Shown here in pieces: positions 21,061 through 31,986 of a DNA stretch of 64,000 nucleotides. Below the pieces are notes generated by a model, which saw only the letters and a program-made list of their open reading frames with translations, had not been told where the DNA came from and ran no database searches. Source of the stretch: an uncultured delta proteobacterium (GTDB lineage Bacteria; Desulfobacterota; Desulfobacteria; Desulfobacterales; JAFDCJ01); the NCBI GenBank assembly GCA_963769935.1, contig CAVYNY010000035.1:147676-211675 (forward strand), given 5' to 3'. The first letter of the stretch is position 1. Each line of letters opens with the position of its first letter. Made by a program: the position numbers and the translations under genes.

Positions 21061-22054
21061 TCAAAGGGTAACTTGTCTCAGCGCATCAAACGTGTCGACA
21101 ATATAATCCGCGCCGGCCCGTATCATTTCCTTTCTGAGGCCGGCCTTGTCCGGTGCCGACATCAGCAGGCCGATTCCTTTATATTTTGCTTCGGATCGGG
21201 CGGCAGCCAGCATGTCATCCGGCATGTCGCCGACATAATAACACTGGGCAAACGTTTCCCGGTGAGCTTTTGCAATCGCGTCCAGCATAAAAGGATCGGG
21301 TTTGCTCAATGATACGATCCTGTGCTCCTCGGCCAGAATTCGATTTTCTTCCCTGAGACAGTCGTCCAGGGTCATAACCATCGAAAAATATAGATTTAAT
21401 TGATGATGCTTCAGCGGATATTCTGCTTCCGCTTTAGGCCGGCCGGTGGCTACGGCCAGCACATTACTTTTTGAAAGCTCAGCCAAAATGCCGCCGGTCG
21501 ATAAGTACCCTTTCTCGCAGGATAAAACCGTCCCCCCGGTATACGGCGGGATCCAGGTTGTAGGTCGAGCGGAAGAGATCGGGGCCGAGGTAGATTTCCT
21601 GAAATATCTGTTTGATGATGTTGCCGCTGCCGACATCACCTTGGTGCAGGCTTTTGATAAATTCATTTTCAAGCTTCTTGTGCTGTTTTAGCAGCGATAC
21701 CAGCGGCATATCCGTTGACCGCAAAAAGGCGGCCATGGGTGCTGCATCACAGCGGCGGATGTTTGCATGATACCGTTTCCAGGGGTCCCGGATTTCATGG
21801 ATTGTGAATTTAGGCGTCAGAGCGAACAGCAGCTTGATCACCAAATAAGTAAGGTCCCAGTCATTATTGAGCCCACCGCTTTGTTTGACTGCGGCCAGAT
21901 CGGCCAGGTCAAAAAGCGGGTCCGGCAATTTTTCCGTTCCCCGGGCCGGTTGAAAAAACAGTCCGGCCGTATGGCGGACCACGTCCCGATAGGAAGCGGA
22001 CACATCCATAATCACGCCGTCCATGTCAAATACGATCAGGTTTCTGGATTTCAT
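21061..22054 (-). CDS. HAD-superfamily hydrolase, split by one frameshift at ~21490
   Basis: FDMDGVIMDVSASY...GLNNDWDL in the upstream frame; ATGRP...KPDP...VGDMPDD in the downstream frame. Confidence 0.85.
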
Positions 22055-22112
22055 ATCCGTACCGATTGGATAAATTAAGTATCTTTTGAGGCATGTGTAT
22101 TTGGTTCTATCC

Positions 22113-22277
22113 CGGAATGTTGGAATAGTGGAACGATGGAATAGTGGGTTTTTGATGGATTTTATCTATTCTAACTTCAAAGTCAGAATGAACTTTGCCA
22201 TTTACCCAATATTGCAGTATTCCAAGACCCATTCTTCCAATATTCCAACTTTCCACAGTTCCAATTGAGGCGAAGCC
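22113..22277. repeat. Inverted arrays of TGGAATAG/ATTCCA-type 8-mer repeats
   Basis: GGAATGTTGGAATAGTGGAACGATGGAATAG ... ATTCTTCCAATATTCCAACTTTCCA. Confidence 0.65.
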
Positions 22278-22278
22278 A

Positions 22279-22989
22279 CTAACTTGTTTTTACAATATCT
22301 AAAACTTCGGTCAAAGACTGCACAAAGTGATAATTTTTCCGGGCATATTTTATTTGTTTTTTCCCGGTCCTGTCCACCAGCACCGGAATTTTAGCCCAAT
22401 CCAAAAGCGGTATATCCGTATATCCATCCCCCACGGCCATGCACCGGCCGGGATCGATCCGCTGTTCAACCAGAAATCTGACTTTATCCTCCGGGTTGGG
22501 GATGTGCAGGGTCATACCGTCGATTCGTCCGTTTATGGTTTCAAACCGGTTTCCGGCGATGGTCGCAAAGCAACCGGCCAACCCCGCATTTTCAAGGGTG
22601 CGTTCACTCAAATTCACTGTTCCACAGCTTAATACCACCATAGAGTGGCCCTCTTTTGCCAGTCGCACCAACGCCGCCCGGTCGGCACCGGAGATCCGAT
22701 CGGACAATCGCCTGCAAACCGGCTCAAGTATATCTACGGCCGTCCCCTTCATCAGCCAAATGTAAAATCTTTTAAATACTTTTCGCAGATTCTCCTTTTG
22801 ATCGGCATAAAGCAGTATCCGGGCGAGGTTACGGATGAAAAACGGTATTTTTTCGCCGGACTCATACAACTTGTACATCATCAGAGACTGTTCGCTGTCA
22901 TAGGGATCATTCGGCAGCAGAGTCCCGTCAAAGTCCCATATGATTTTACATTTCCCCACTTTTACCGCGCTATGGCCTTTCAGTAACAT
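22279..22989 (-). CDS. HAD-IB family phosphatase
   Basis: WDFDGTL, LSCG, K, VGDGYTD. Confidence 0.85.
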   Translation of the reverse strand: MLLKGHSAVKVGKCKIIWDFDGTLLPNDPYDSEQSLMMYKLYESGEKIPFFIRNLARILLYADQKENLRKVFKRFYIWLMKGTAVDILEPVCRRLSDRISGADRAALVRLAKEGHSMVVLSCGTVNLSERTLENAGLAGCFATIAGNRFETINGRIDGMTLHIPNPEDKVRFLVEQRIDPGRCMAVGDGYTDIPLLDWAKIPVLVDRTGKKQIKYARKNYHFVQSLTEVLDIVKTS

Positions 22990-23027
22990 GCAAACCCTTC
23001 TTTAGGTTTCCAAAATTGAAAATTAAG

Positions 23028-23606
23028 TCAGGATGTGCTCGGCTGAATTCCATCTTTCCAGTCCCGGTACTCCGCCAATTCTTTCTGCAGGGAGTTGATG
23101 ATGGCCGACAATACGGCGTAATCATCCAGCAGACCGACAACCGGTATGTAGTCCGGTATTAAATCCAGCGGGATGATGAAATACAGCAACCCGCCGCCGA
23201 TGAGACCGATGAGGGCCGGATGCAGATTGTATTTCCCTTTAACCGAATCCACGAAAAGGCCGTACAGGTTTTTCAAATTTTCCAGGATCTGCCTCAGAGC
23301 AGGGGAGGCTTTTTCTACTTTCTTCCAGAATGCCGTTGCATCTAAAACCTTGCCGAAATCCTTGCCCCGGGTATAACGCAATACTCTGTCATATTGCCGG
23401 CGTCTGTCCGGATCGCTCAAGGTATAAAAAGCCTGGTTCAAACTCTTGGTCGTTTCCTCGGCCTCATTAAGCCGGTCAAGGTTCTTGTCCGGATGCCATT
23501 CCTTCAGCTTATTACGGTAGGCCTGCTTTATTTCTGCAGAATCTGCCTTGGGATCGATTCCCAACAATTCGTAGTAATCAACAATCTTATTCGAGGTTTT
23601 GTTCAT
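23028..23606 (-). CDS. DnaJ domain plus DUF1232 (YkvA) membrane domain
   Basis: DYYELLG...WHPDKN; LLYFIIPLDLIPDYIPVVGLLDD. Confidence 0.9.
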   Translation of the reverse strand: MNKTSNKIVDYYELLGIDPKADSAEIKQAYRNKLKEWHPDKNLDRLNEAEETTKSLNQAFYTLSDPDRRRQYDRVLRYTRGKDFGKVLDATAFWKKVEKASPALRQILENLKNLYGLFVDSVKGKYNLHPALIGLIGGGLLYFIIPLDLIPDYIPVVGLLDDYAVLSAIINSLQKELAEYRDWKDGIQPSTS

Positions 23607-23998
23607 GGAATAATATCCTGTACTTTCTAAAATTAGCGGGTCTGAAATTCGAAAGCGGCTTATCTATCGCGGGAGCTTTCAATTTCAACCGATTTGCTTT
23701 CATTAGTTGAGGAAAAGATCAAAGTCAATTATTTCGTACAGATCGAATTCTCACTTTATTTTAATATAAAAAAAATGCAATGCTAACATTTTCTATTGAA
23801 AATAGCGATTGAACATTTTCCGGCAGCATGCAATGAGAATTTGAAGACTTTCTCCAGATTTATGTTGCTTTTCACTTCGTTTATGGTATCAATTTTTGTA
23901 GCCGAATTTTCGATCTATAATTATATTTCCTGTGAAATTAAGGCATTGACTGTTAATTGGATCAATCAACAACATTAAACCTAAAAAGGAGGCAAACA

Positions 23999-25080
23999 AT
24001 GAAAAAGAGTTTGATTATGATCCAGATTATTTTAATCGTTGTCGCGGCCATGGTTTTTGCGACTACTTCGCATTCCGCCGATTCAAAAGTTCTGAGGCTT
24101 ATCTCCTGGACCGGCTACGCCCCGCCTGAATTGATTGCCAAATTCGAAAAAGAAACCGGCATCAAGGTGGAGGTAACTTACAGTAACAACGAAGAGATCA
24201 TGTCAAAACTGCGCGCCACCAGGGGCGGCGGGATTTGATTTGGCCCAACCCAGTCAGGACAGAATCACTGCCGTTCAGCAACAATACGGCATCTATCAAC
24301 CGATTGATTATTCAAAGGTGAATACCTCTCAGATCGAAGCAAATATGCTGGCTGCGGTGAAGGCCAACACGTTGGTGGATGGAAAATCCTACGCCGTGCC
24401 CCATGTCTACGGGACGAATGGGCTTGTTTCAAATAGAGCCAAAGTTCCGGACGCAAAGGATTGGAAGGACCTGCTTAATCCAAAGTATACAGGCCGCGTC
24501 TCTATGAGATTGAAGCGACCGGTCCTTGTTGGAATGGGATTCTCTTACGGATACGACGTTTTTAAACTCTACAATGACAGAGAGGGGTACCAGAAATTTC
24601 TTGATAAGATGGAAGAAGGTTTATCAAAGGTAAACCGGTCTTAAAAACCTACTTTGATAATGCCGATGCCTTAATCGGGTTGATGAGATCCGGGGAGGTG
24701 TGGCTCTCTGATTGTTGGGAACAGGCGGCCTGGAAGCTTCATGAAGAAAATCCGGACATCGATTACTTAGCTCCCTCAAGTGGTCCCTTGGCATGGATTG
24801 ATACGTTTGCCATTCCCGCTAAGTCGGAAAACCTGGACGGAGCCTACAAGTGGATCAATTTTCTTTGAGACCGGAGAATGCGGCTCTTTTTACGAACAAA
24901 GAAAAATATGGTACCGCTTCCAAGCCGATGCCGTGAAAATATATGAACCCTGAAGTAAAGGGCAATTTCGAACGCTGTTTTCCCCTGGAGGCCATTGCCA
25001 ATATAAAATGGTATCCGCCCGTTCCTCCAAACTGGAAGAAATTGAAGGCATGATCTGGACAAGTCAAGGCCGCCAGGTAG
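23999..25080 (+). CDS. PotD/PotF-like ABC substrate-binding protein (multiple frameshifts)
   Basis: Signal peptide; WTGYAPPELIAKFEKETGIKVEVTYSNNEE, DLAQPSQDRI, WIDTFAIPAKSENLDGAYKWINF across successive frames. Confidence 0.8.
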
Positions 25081-25334
25081 TCGGACAGAATATTTGAATA
25101 AGTGACTGCTCAATCTAAACATTAGTTTCGCATGGTCTGAAGGAATCTCGGATGTTGGATAATGGGCTCTTTAAGCGGCATTGGTTCTGAGCTTTAAATG
25201 AAGAAAAAGAAGTTAACCGATATTCTGACCCATTATCCATGTCCACCAAGGCGGTGTCCAGAGAGCAGGATCTTCATCGTCGTTGGATCATTAATATCCG
25301 CATGTTAGTTCCAACTCTTCCGGTAAGGGGCAAT

Positions 25335-26433
25335 ATGCAATTGATCAGTCTGTCAAAAATGTCATCAAAATATTTGGAGATTTCATGGCGGTGAACAAAG
25401 TTTCCTTTCGAAGTTCAGGATGGTCGATTCTTTTCCATCCTCGGCCCCTCGGGCTGTGGCAAAACAACCCTGCTGCGGATGATCGCCGGCCTGACGGAGC
25501 CCACGGATGGTACGATCAAAATTCGCGGTCAAAACATGATCGGCGTCTCACCTAATAAGAGTCCGGTTAACTTGATTTTTCAAAATCTGGCCCTGTTCCC
25601 CATGATGGATGTCCGGGAAAATATGGCCTTCGGCTTAAGCGACGCGGCGAAGCGCAAATCCTCCATCGAAGGAAAGGTCGAGGCTATTCTGGAGCGCGTG
25701 GATTTAGCAGGATTCGGCGAGAAAAAAAATAGAACAATTCTCCGGTGGGCAGAAACAACGGGTAGCGATTGCCCGCTGCCTGGTTTTAGATCCTGCGGTT
25801 TTGTTGCTGGATGAACCGCTGGGGGCGTTGGATCTAAAACTCCGGGAGCACATGAAGGTCGAATTGAAAAGTCTCCAGGCCAAAGTCGGCACCACTTTCA
25901 TCTATATCACCCACGATCAGTCCGAAGCCCTCGTGATGTCTGACAAAGTGGCTGTCATGAACAAGGGAATTTTTGAACAAATCGACACCCCCGAGAATCT
26001 CTACAATCATCCAGCTTCATCTTTCGTGGCCCAGTTTGTGGGAGAGAACAATAAATTCACCGGCAAAACTCGATAAAAATGCTTCACGGCCGATGTCGTT
26101 CTCGAGGACGGCAAAATTTCGGGATAAAGGTTTCCAACCATAAACCCGGGGACGGGGGTCGACTTATTCTAAGACCGGAGGCCTTACTATTAATCCGCAG
26201 CCCGGCCTGAGGACGTAAATGTCCTGGAAGTAAAAGTTAATTCGATTCTCTTCGACGGTGGTAACAGCAGACTGCTCGTGACGGCTGGGAGATCAGCGAA
26301 AGAGCTCATGGTGGCTCTACCTCAGACCGGGCATGACCACGTAAAACCGAACGATGAAATTGGAATTGGTTGGAGCACTGCTGCATCGGTATGCTTTAAA
26401 GATACGGGTGTGAAGACGAATGATGAACTATAA
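25335..26433 (+). CDS. PotA-like ABC ATP-binding protein (multiple frameshifts)
   Basis: [51 protein letters not shown]. Confidence 0.85.
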
Positions 26434-27291
26434 GCACTCCAGGATAAAGTGGAGTTTTTTTCGTATTTTTTATCTCCGGTCCTCCTGTGGCTGATGCTGC
26501 TTTTCGTGCTCCCCAACTTAGAATTAGTCAGAATGTCTTTTATGGGGGCGGGCATGATGGCAAGTCAGGCTGAGACCCTTTCGAAACTATACTGAATTTT
26601 TTATGAGAGCCGATATACTGGCTGACATTTTCAAGAACGGGGGTATTCCATAGTGGTACATTTTTAGACCTTCGTTATCGCGTTGCCTGTGGCGTTTTAC
26701 ATACCAAAGTTGTGGCGCTGAAGTATCACGGGATTTCCTCGTGACCTGATACTGGTTGCCGTTCTGGGTCAGTGAGCTCGTGCGGGTATACGGATGGATA
26801 ATTCTGCTGCGCGAGAGCGGCATCATTAATCATTTTTGATCAAATTCGGAATCTTGCAACAGCCGGTGGAAATGCTTTATCGAGATTCGACGATGATTCT
26901 CGGCCTGGTATACACCTCCATGTTATTTATGGTAGTTCCGATTGTCTCGGTGCTGGAGAGCCTCGATGACAGCCTGATCGAAGCCGCCTACGATTTGGGG
27001 GCCAATATGTGGAGCATCCGCTTCAAGATCATCATACCCCATGCCACGCCCGGTATCATATCCGGATCGATTGTGGTGTTTATGCTGACGCTGGGCAACT
27101 ACCTTACCCCGAACCTGATGGGCGGTAAAAATTCACTGTGGTTCACCGAACAGATTTACAATCAGTTTATTGCCAGTTTTAACTGGAATCAGGGATCGGC
27201 CTTTGGGTTTCTGCTGCTGGTGCTCTCCTCTCTGGTGGTGTGGCTGGGATTAAAACTGACCCGGCAAAATCTGAAAAAGGTGGTGCAATGA
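26420..27291 (+). CDS. PotB-like ABC permease (frameshifted 5' half)
   Basis: PFWVSELVRVYGW; EAA motif LIEAAYDLGA; NWNQGSAFG. Confidence 0.8.
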
Positions 27292-28162
27292 TACGGACGC
27301 TGCCGACTTCAAAAACATATGATCGGCTGCTTTAAGTTGTACGTAATTTTATATTTCTACGTTTCTCTTTTCACCGCTGCTGGTTACCTGCGTGCTGGCC
27401 TTTAATAATTCTCAATTTCCCTCTCTGCCCTGGAAAGGATTTACCCTGGAATGGTTTACCGCCAATTTGCCGGAACGGGTAGGGATTTTTCACGATCAAA
27501 TCAACCTGGACAGCATCTGGGTCAGTTTCCGAGTGGCATTTTTTGTCACCATCCTGTCGACGATGGTCGGTACCTGCGGTGCGTTTCTCTTTGAACAGGA
27601 AGATTTTCGTTTCAAGCAACTGCTTGTATTTTCTGATGCTCGCGCCCCTGGTGATTCCGGGAGTGATTCTGGGAATTTCGATCCTGTTGCTCAGCAATAC
27701 CCTGGGAACCTATTTTGAAGACCACTGGAATCTGGATATCGAGCTGTTTCGTCCCGGATTCTGGCTGGTGGTATCTGGGCCAGTTTTCATTCATTGCGAC
27801 GCTGGTTACGCTGGTGGTTTCGGCGCGCTTGAAGAAATTCGACCGCACCCTGGAAGAAGCCGCTCTGAACCTGGGTGCCAACCGGTTTGAAGTTATCTGG
27901 CATATAACGTTGAAGTTTTTGCGGCCGGCCATTATCGGGCGCTGCGGCCGTGGCCTTTCTGATGTCCTTTGAAAACTTCAATACGACCCTGTTTCTGACA
28001 GGCGCGGAAGCGACGCTGCCGATTACCCTTTTTACGCAGATAAGGGACGGCTCCACCCCCGTTGTCAACGCGGTTTCCTTTGTTTTGATTCTCGGTGTCT
28101 CTACGATAGCGCTGGGGAACTTCCTGGTGAGTTCGAGGAGATCGAAGACCGGCGGCGCATAG
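27288..28162 (+). CDS. PotC-like ABC permease (multiple frameshifts)
   Basis: PWKGFTLEWF, PLVIPGVILG, LEEAALNLGA, SFENF, TPVVNA. Confidence 0.8.
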
Positions 28163-28281
28163 GCTGGTTAGCCGGTTTGCCCGTTTAATGAACCAGGCCA
28201 ACGGGCTTAAAGGCTCAACGGGTTAACCGGCCAACGGGCTAACTTTATTCAACCAGTTGCAGAAATTCCAAGGCAAATAAA

Positions 28282-29157
28282 TTATCCTGCAAATTCCGGT
28301 TCGACAATTCCCCTGACATCCGTCTTGATGCGGAAGAGGTCGCCGGCCAGAGGCTGCTCTTTGCGCTGGCTTTCGCTCAAGTTGTACCAGGCGGTGGTGA
28401 TGTACAGTTCATCCAGGTGTTCGCCGCCAAAGCCGATACAGGTGACCAGTTCGACCGGAAGGCGGATTTCCCGCTCGAGTTTTCCGGCGGGATCATAACG
28501 CGTTACGCGCCAGCCGCCCCAGTGGGCGGCCCAGACAAATCCCTGGCTGTCCACCGTGAGTCCGTCCGGCATTCCCGCCTCTTTTGGTATTTCAACAAAC
28601 ACGCGGCGGTTGCCGACACCACCCGTCTCGGCTTCATAATCGTAGGCCGTGATTTTATTGGCAAACATTTCGGAAACATACAACGTCCTGCTGTCCGGGC
28701 TGACGGCAATGCCGTTGGATAGAACCAGGTTTTTATCGAGTTTGTGAAGACCGCGGTCCGGATCCAGGCGGAAAAGAGAACCGTCCGCCGCCTCGAGCCG
28801 CGCGGAATTGTATGATCCGACCACCAATCGTCCCTGCCGGTCGATCATGCCGTCGTTGCACTGAATGTCAGGATTCCCGGCAAAGGGATCGACGATAAAT
28901 TCACACGCATTGGATTGCCGATCCCAAAAGGCCAGACCGGAATCGGTGACCAGGAGCCAGCCGTCGGCCGTTCTGCGGCACAACCCTCTCACCGGCATGT
29001 CGGGCTTGAACGACGCATACGCGGCTGTTGCGGGGTCGAGGCGGTAAATCGTGTGGGCTCCGATGTCGACCCAATACAGGGCTTTTTCTTCCGGGACCCA
29101 GATGGGGGTCTCGCCCAACTCATTCTGCACGGGTAAGTAGTGTTCCAGGCTGCTCAT
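28282..29157 (-). CDS. SMP-30/gluconolactonase family sugar lactonase
   Basis: LGETPIW, LYWVDI, CNDG, SNGI, PDGLTVD, FGG...LYITTA. Confidence 0.92.
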   Translation of the reverse strand: MSSLEHYLPVQNELGETPIWVPEEKALYWVDIGAHTIYRLDPATAAYASFKPDMPVRGLCRRTADGWLLVTDSGLAFWDRQSNACEFIVDPFAGNPDIQCNDGMIDRQGRLVVGSYNSARLEAADGSLFRLDPDRGLHKLDKNLVLSNGIAVSPDSRTLYVSEMFANKITAYDYEAETGGVGNRRVFVEIPKEAGMPDGLTVDSQGFVWAAHWGGWRVTRYDPAGKLEREIRLPVELVTCIGFGGEHLDELYITTAWYNLSESQRKEQPLAGDLFRIKTDVRGIVEPEFAG

Positions 29158-29216
29158 ACACCATCGCTCCTTTTTTAGTATAGCATTGAAAACCTGGTCC
29201 TATGGGCCAGGCTTCA

Positions 29217-30323
29217 TTACTCAGCTAAGGTTTTGCGACTGCGACCCAGCCTATCGGCTGCGACCAGGGCGCTGTACATATCAAAAGGGCTGACGGTAAA
29301 CACATGGTTGTGCGTGATCTGTCCGGGTGCACACAGTACCTCGGCAAAGTGTTTGAGCGCTTCAGGCGTAATATCGCCCAGACCCAAATCCTCCAGAGTT
29401 ACCGGCAAACCGACCTCAACCATAAAATCAAAAACCACCAGGCGCTCATCCGGATCGATGTCTTCATCCAGGCAAAGTTGGGTGGCGACGCCGAAGGCAA
29501 CCTTTTCGCCATGGGAGTAGGGCCTGCATTCTTCAAATTCGGTCAGGGCGTTGCCGACGGCATGTGCCGAAGCAACACCGGCGCTTTCAAACCCCAAACC
29601 CGACAGCAGGGTGTTGGCCTCGATAACCCGATCCACTGCCGGCGTGACGACATGTTCGGCACAGTCCCGGACCGCATCGATCCCAAAATCCATCAGCGTG
29701 TCGTAGCACAATCTCGCCAACGCCAGGGATGCCTGGGTTGCCACGCCGCCCGCCAGGGCGACCCGCCGGCCCTTGTAGGCCGCTTCCGCCTCAAACCAGG
29801 TTGCCAGCCCGTCGCCGATGCCCGAAATCAGCCACCGGACCGGTGCGGCCACGATCACTTCGGTGTCCACCAGAACCAGGTCGGGATTGCGCGGCCAGAT
29901 CGCCCAACCGTCAAAGCTGCCCTCTTCGGTATAGTAAACCGTGGCGGCACTGGTGGGCGCATCGTTGCTGGCAATGGTCGGCGCGGTGACCAGCTTGGCA
30001 TCGATGTCCAACGCCACAGCTTTGGCCAGATCGATGGCCTTGCCGCCGCCAAGTCCCACGACCACCTCGGCCTTTTCAGCCTTGGCCTTTTCGATGCCCA
30101 ACCCGATTTGCCCGCGATCACATTCGCCCGAGAACTTGAAAGGAATCAGCAAAAGATCATGTTCTTCAAAGCTTTGTTTGACGATCGCGCTGAATTGTTC
30201 GCTGACCACCGGGCCCCAGGCGACGAGTACGCGTTTGCCCAAGGGGGCCACGTATTTGCCGATGTCTTTCAACACCCCCGCACCTTGAATATAACGCCGT
30301 GGCGCAATAAATACTTTTATCAT
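29217..30323 (-). CDS. gldA: Glycerol dehydrogenase-like (family III metal-dependent polyol dehydrogenase)
   Basis: APRRYIQG, GGGKAID, PTIASNDAPTS, GIGDGLATWFEA, GFES...AH, HGEKVAFG. RBS GAGGAGG. Confidence 0.88.
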   Translation of the reverse strand: MIKVFIAPRRYIQGAGVLKDIGKYVAPLGKRVLVAWGPVVSEQFSAIVKQSFEEHDLLLIPFKFSGECDRGQIGLGIEKAKAEKAEVVVGLGGGKAIDLAKAVALDIDAKLVTAPTIASNDAPTSAATVYYTEEGSFDGWAIWPRNPDLVLVDTEVIVAAPVRWLISGIGDGLATWFEAEAAYKGRRVALAGGVATQASLALARLCYDTLMDFGIDAVRDCAEHVVTPAVDRVIEANTLLSGLGFESAGVASAHAVGNALTEFEECRPYSHGEKVAFGVATQLCLDEDIDPDERLVVFDFMVEVGLPVTLEDLGLGDITPEALKHFAEVLCAPGQITHNHVFTVSPFDMYSALVAADRLGRSRKTLAE

Positions 30324-30375
30324 CTTCACACCTCCTCTATTTTTCGTGATACAAAGACCAATCCGGACGAGCCGG

Positions 30376-30515
30376 AATTGAAGATTGGAGATTGCAAATT
30401 GAATATTTGTGGATGTCACTCGCGTAGCGCAGGCGCCGCGTGTCGCTCCGTCTTTTTTAAAATATAATCCGCCGCGGACCATAAATATTCAATATTCATT
30501 CGAAACTATTCAATC
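30376..30515. mobile_element. MITE-like element family B (ATTGAAGATTG.../...AATATTCAAT ends)
   Basis: Inverted heptamer-array ends and an internal TGTCGCT motif; related copies at 42737, 50321, 51286 and a partial copy at 40166. Confidence 0.6.
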
Positions 30516-30516
30516 T

Positions 30517-30870
30517 TTATGCCTGCATCTGTCGCAGCAGGTCGCCGCTGTCAAATATCTCCCAGGCTTCCACCAGCAGGCCGTTTTCGACACGGAAGGT
30601 ACTGACGGCCGGACAGCGGATCTGGTTGCCTTTGGGAGCGATGCCCGCAAACTCGCCTGTGTGCTTTCCAAGCAGGGCAAAGTGGCAATCCACCTTGTCG
30701 CCTTCGGCGATACAATAATCAATTTCAATCCGCATGTCACTGAAGACGCTGCCCAAAATGCCGCTAAAAAACTGGCGCACGCCTTCCGGGCCGGCGGGCG
30801 TGCCGGGCGGGAAATGATGATCGACAAAGCTTGCGGCGACTACCTCGCCGATTCCTGACAGGTTCCCCAT
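30517..30870 (-). CDS. SnoaL-like ester cyclase family protein, probably 5'-truncated
   Basis: FVDH...GPEG...IAEGDKV...GKHTGEFAGIAPKG...FRVENG. Lacks the usual first helix; a repeat lies immediately upstream. Confidence 0.75.
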   Translation of the reverse strand: MGNLSGIGEVVAASFVDHHFPPGTPAGPEGVRQFFSGILGSVFSDMRIEIDYCIAEGDKVDCHFALLGKHTGEFAGIAPKGNQIRCPAVSTFRVENGLLVEAWEIFDSGDLLRQMQA

Positions 30871-30927
30871 GGCCGCTTTTCAGGTCGGCGGCTGGGCTGA
30901 CACCTGACACGTGTAACCTGCAATTAT

Positions 30928-31956
30928 CTACTCATTGATGCCCTTGGTGCCGCGCCGTTTCAGGTACTTGTCCCAGTAGAAGTCATCGGCATTTTCTTTT
31001 GTGACCAGCGCCAGTCCGTTGTCGCAATACGGGATCTGCATCGGGTTGTAGCCCATGCGTTTGTAGTCGTTCATCGGGTCGATCAGATCCGAATGTTTGG
31101 CCAGATACAAAAACAGCATGCCGAAATAGCCCTGCACCCCCTGGTTGGGGTTCAGCGCGCCCCAGATATCGCCCTCCTTGATCATGTCCAGAACCTTGAC
31201 ATTCACATCGGTGCAAAGAATTTTGATCTTCCCGCCCAGTTCCTTGGCGGCCTGGGCCGCACCCATGGCCGAGCTGGCTTCCGGCATGAATACTGCGCCG
31301 AGGTTCGGATGTGCCTGGGCCATGGTGAGCACCGCCTGGTAGGCTTTCTGGGGATCCTGCATGGTCGCTGCGCGTGCGACGACTTTTATACCGGGATGGT
31401 TGGACTGAATTCGGGCGACAAATCCCTGGGTTCGGCGGTCATGGTTGTCCTGGCCGGGGTTTTCCAGCACCGCCACCTCGCCCTTTTCGCCCAGCTCTTT
31501 TGCCAGCGTGTCGGCTGCAAAAATGGCCTCGCGGGCATTATCCGAAGTGATATACGAGACGCGCTTGCTGTTCGGGGAATCCGCGGCAAAGGTAACCACG
31601 GGCACCCCCATTTCATAGGCGCGATTGATGGGCTCGATAAACGGGTCGGGGTTGATGGGCGCTATAAAAATGCCGGCCGGCTTGCGGGCCAATACCTGCT
31701 CAAAGACCGCCAAATGCTTATTGACATCATATTCGGGGGTGCCCAGATATTTCGTTTTAACGCCCAACTGCTGTCCGGCCTGCTTGAACATTTCATAAAC
31801 CGGGAACCAGTATTCCACCCCGGAGACAAACGGCACCATGTAATATACTTCATCTTTACTTCCCTGAAGGAAAGATTTATTCTCCGCACCAAAGGCTGAA
31901 AATGCCGTTAAGCCAACCACCAGAACGATGACAATTGCAATGCCTGTCTTTTTCAT
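30928..31956 (-). CDS. Sugar ABC transporter substrate-binding protein (RbsB-like)
   Basis: Signal peptide; GVPVVTFAADSPNS; paralog of 40374-41427. Confidence 0.9.
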   Translation of the reverse strand: MKKTGIAIVIVLVVGLTAFSAFGAENKSFLQGSKDEVYYMVPFVSGVEYWFPVYEMFKQAGQQLGVKTKYLGTPEYDVNKHLAVFEQVLARKPAGIFIAPINPDPFIEPINRAYEMGVPVVTFAADSPNSKRVSYITSDNAREAIFAADTLAKELGEKGEVAVLENPGQDNHDRRTQGFVARIQSNHPGIKVVARAATMQDPQKAYQAVLTMAQAHPNLGAVFMPEASSAMGAAQAAKELGGKIKILCTDVNVKVLDMIKEGDIWGALNPNQGVQGYFGMLFLYLAKHSDLIDPMNDYKRMGYNPMQIPYCDNGLALVTKENADDFYWDKYLKRRGTKGINE

Positions 31957-31986
31957 AAACTTGCTCCTTGTATTTGCTGTTTGTGT

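Noticed and set aside
21479..21500. Programmed frameshifting in the HAD gene (also the 40935 binding protein and glpA)
   Set aside because: No conserved slippery site with a stimulator is evident, and the window has many indels best explained by sequencing error.
20205..22277. CRISPR array
   Set aside because: The repeats are short 7-9-mers or palindromes without constant-length repeat-spacer periodicity, and no cas genes are present.
30324..30482. N-terminal extensions on gldA (similarly on the panB-like gene and the 38644 ATPase) as possible encapsulation peptides
   Set aside because: They are translations of MITE-like repeats (…NLQF…); homology begins at the downstream starts.
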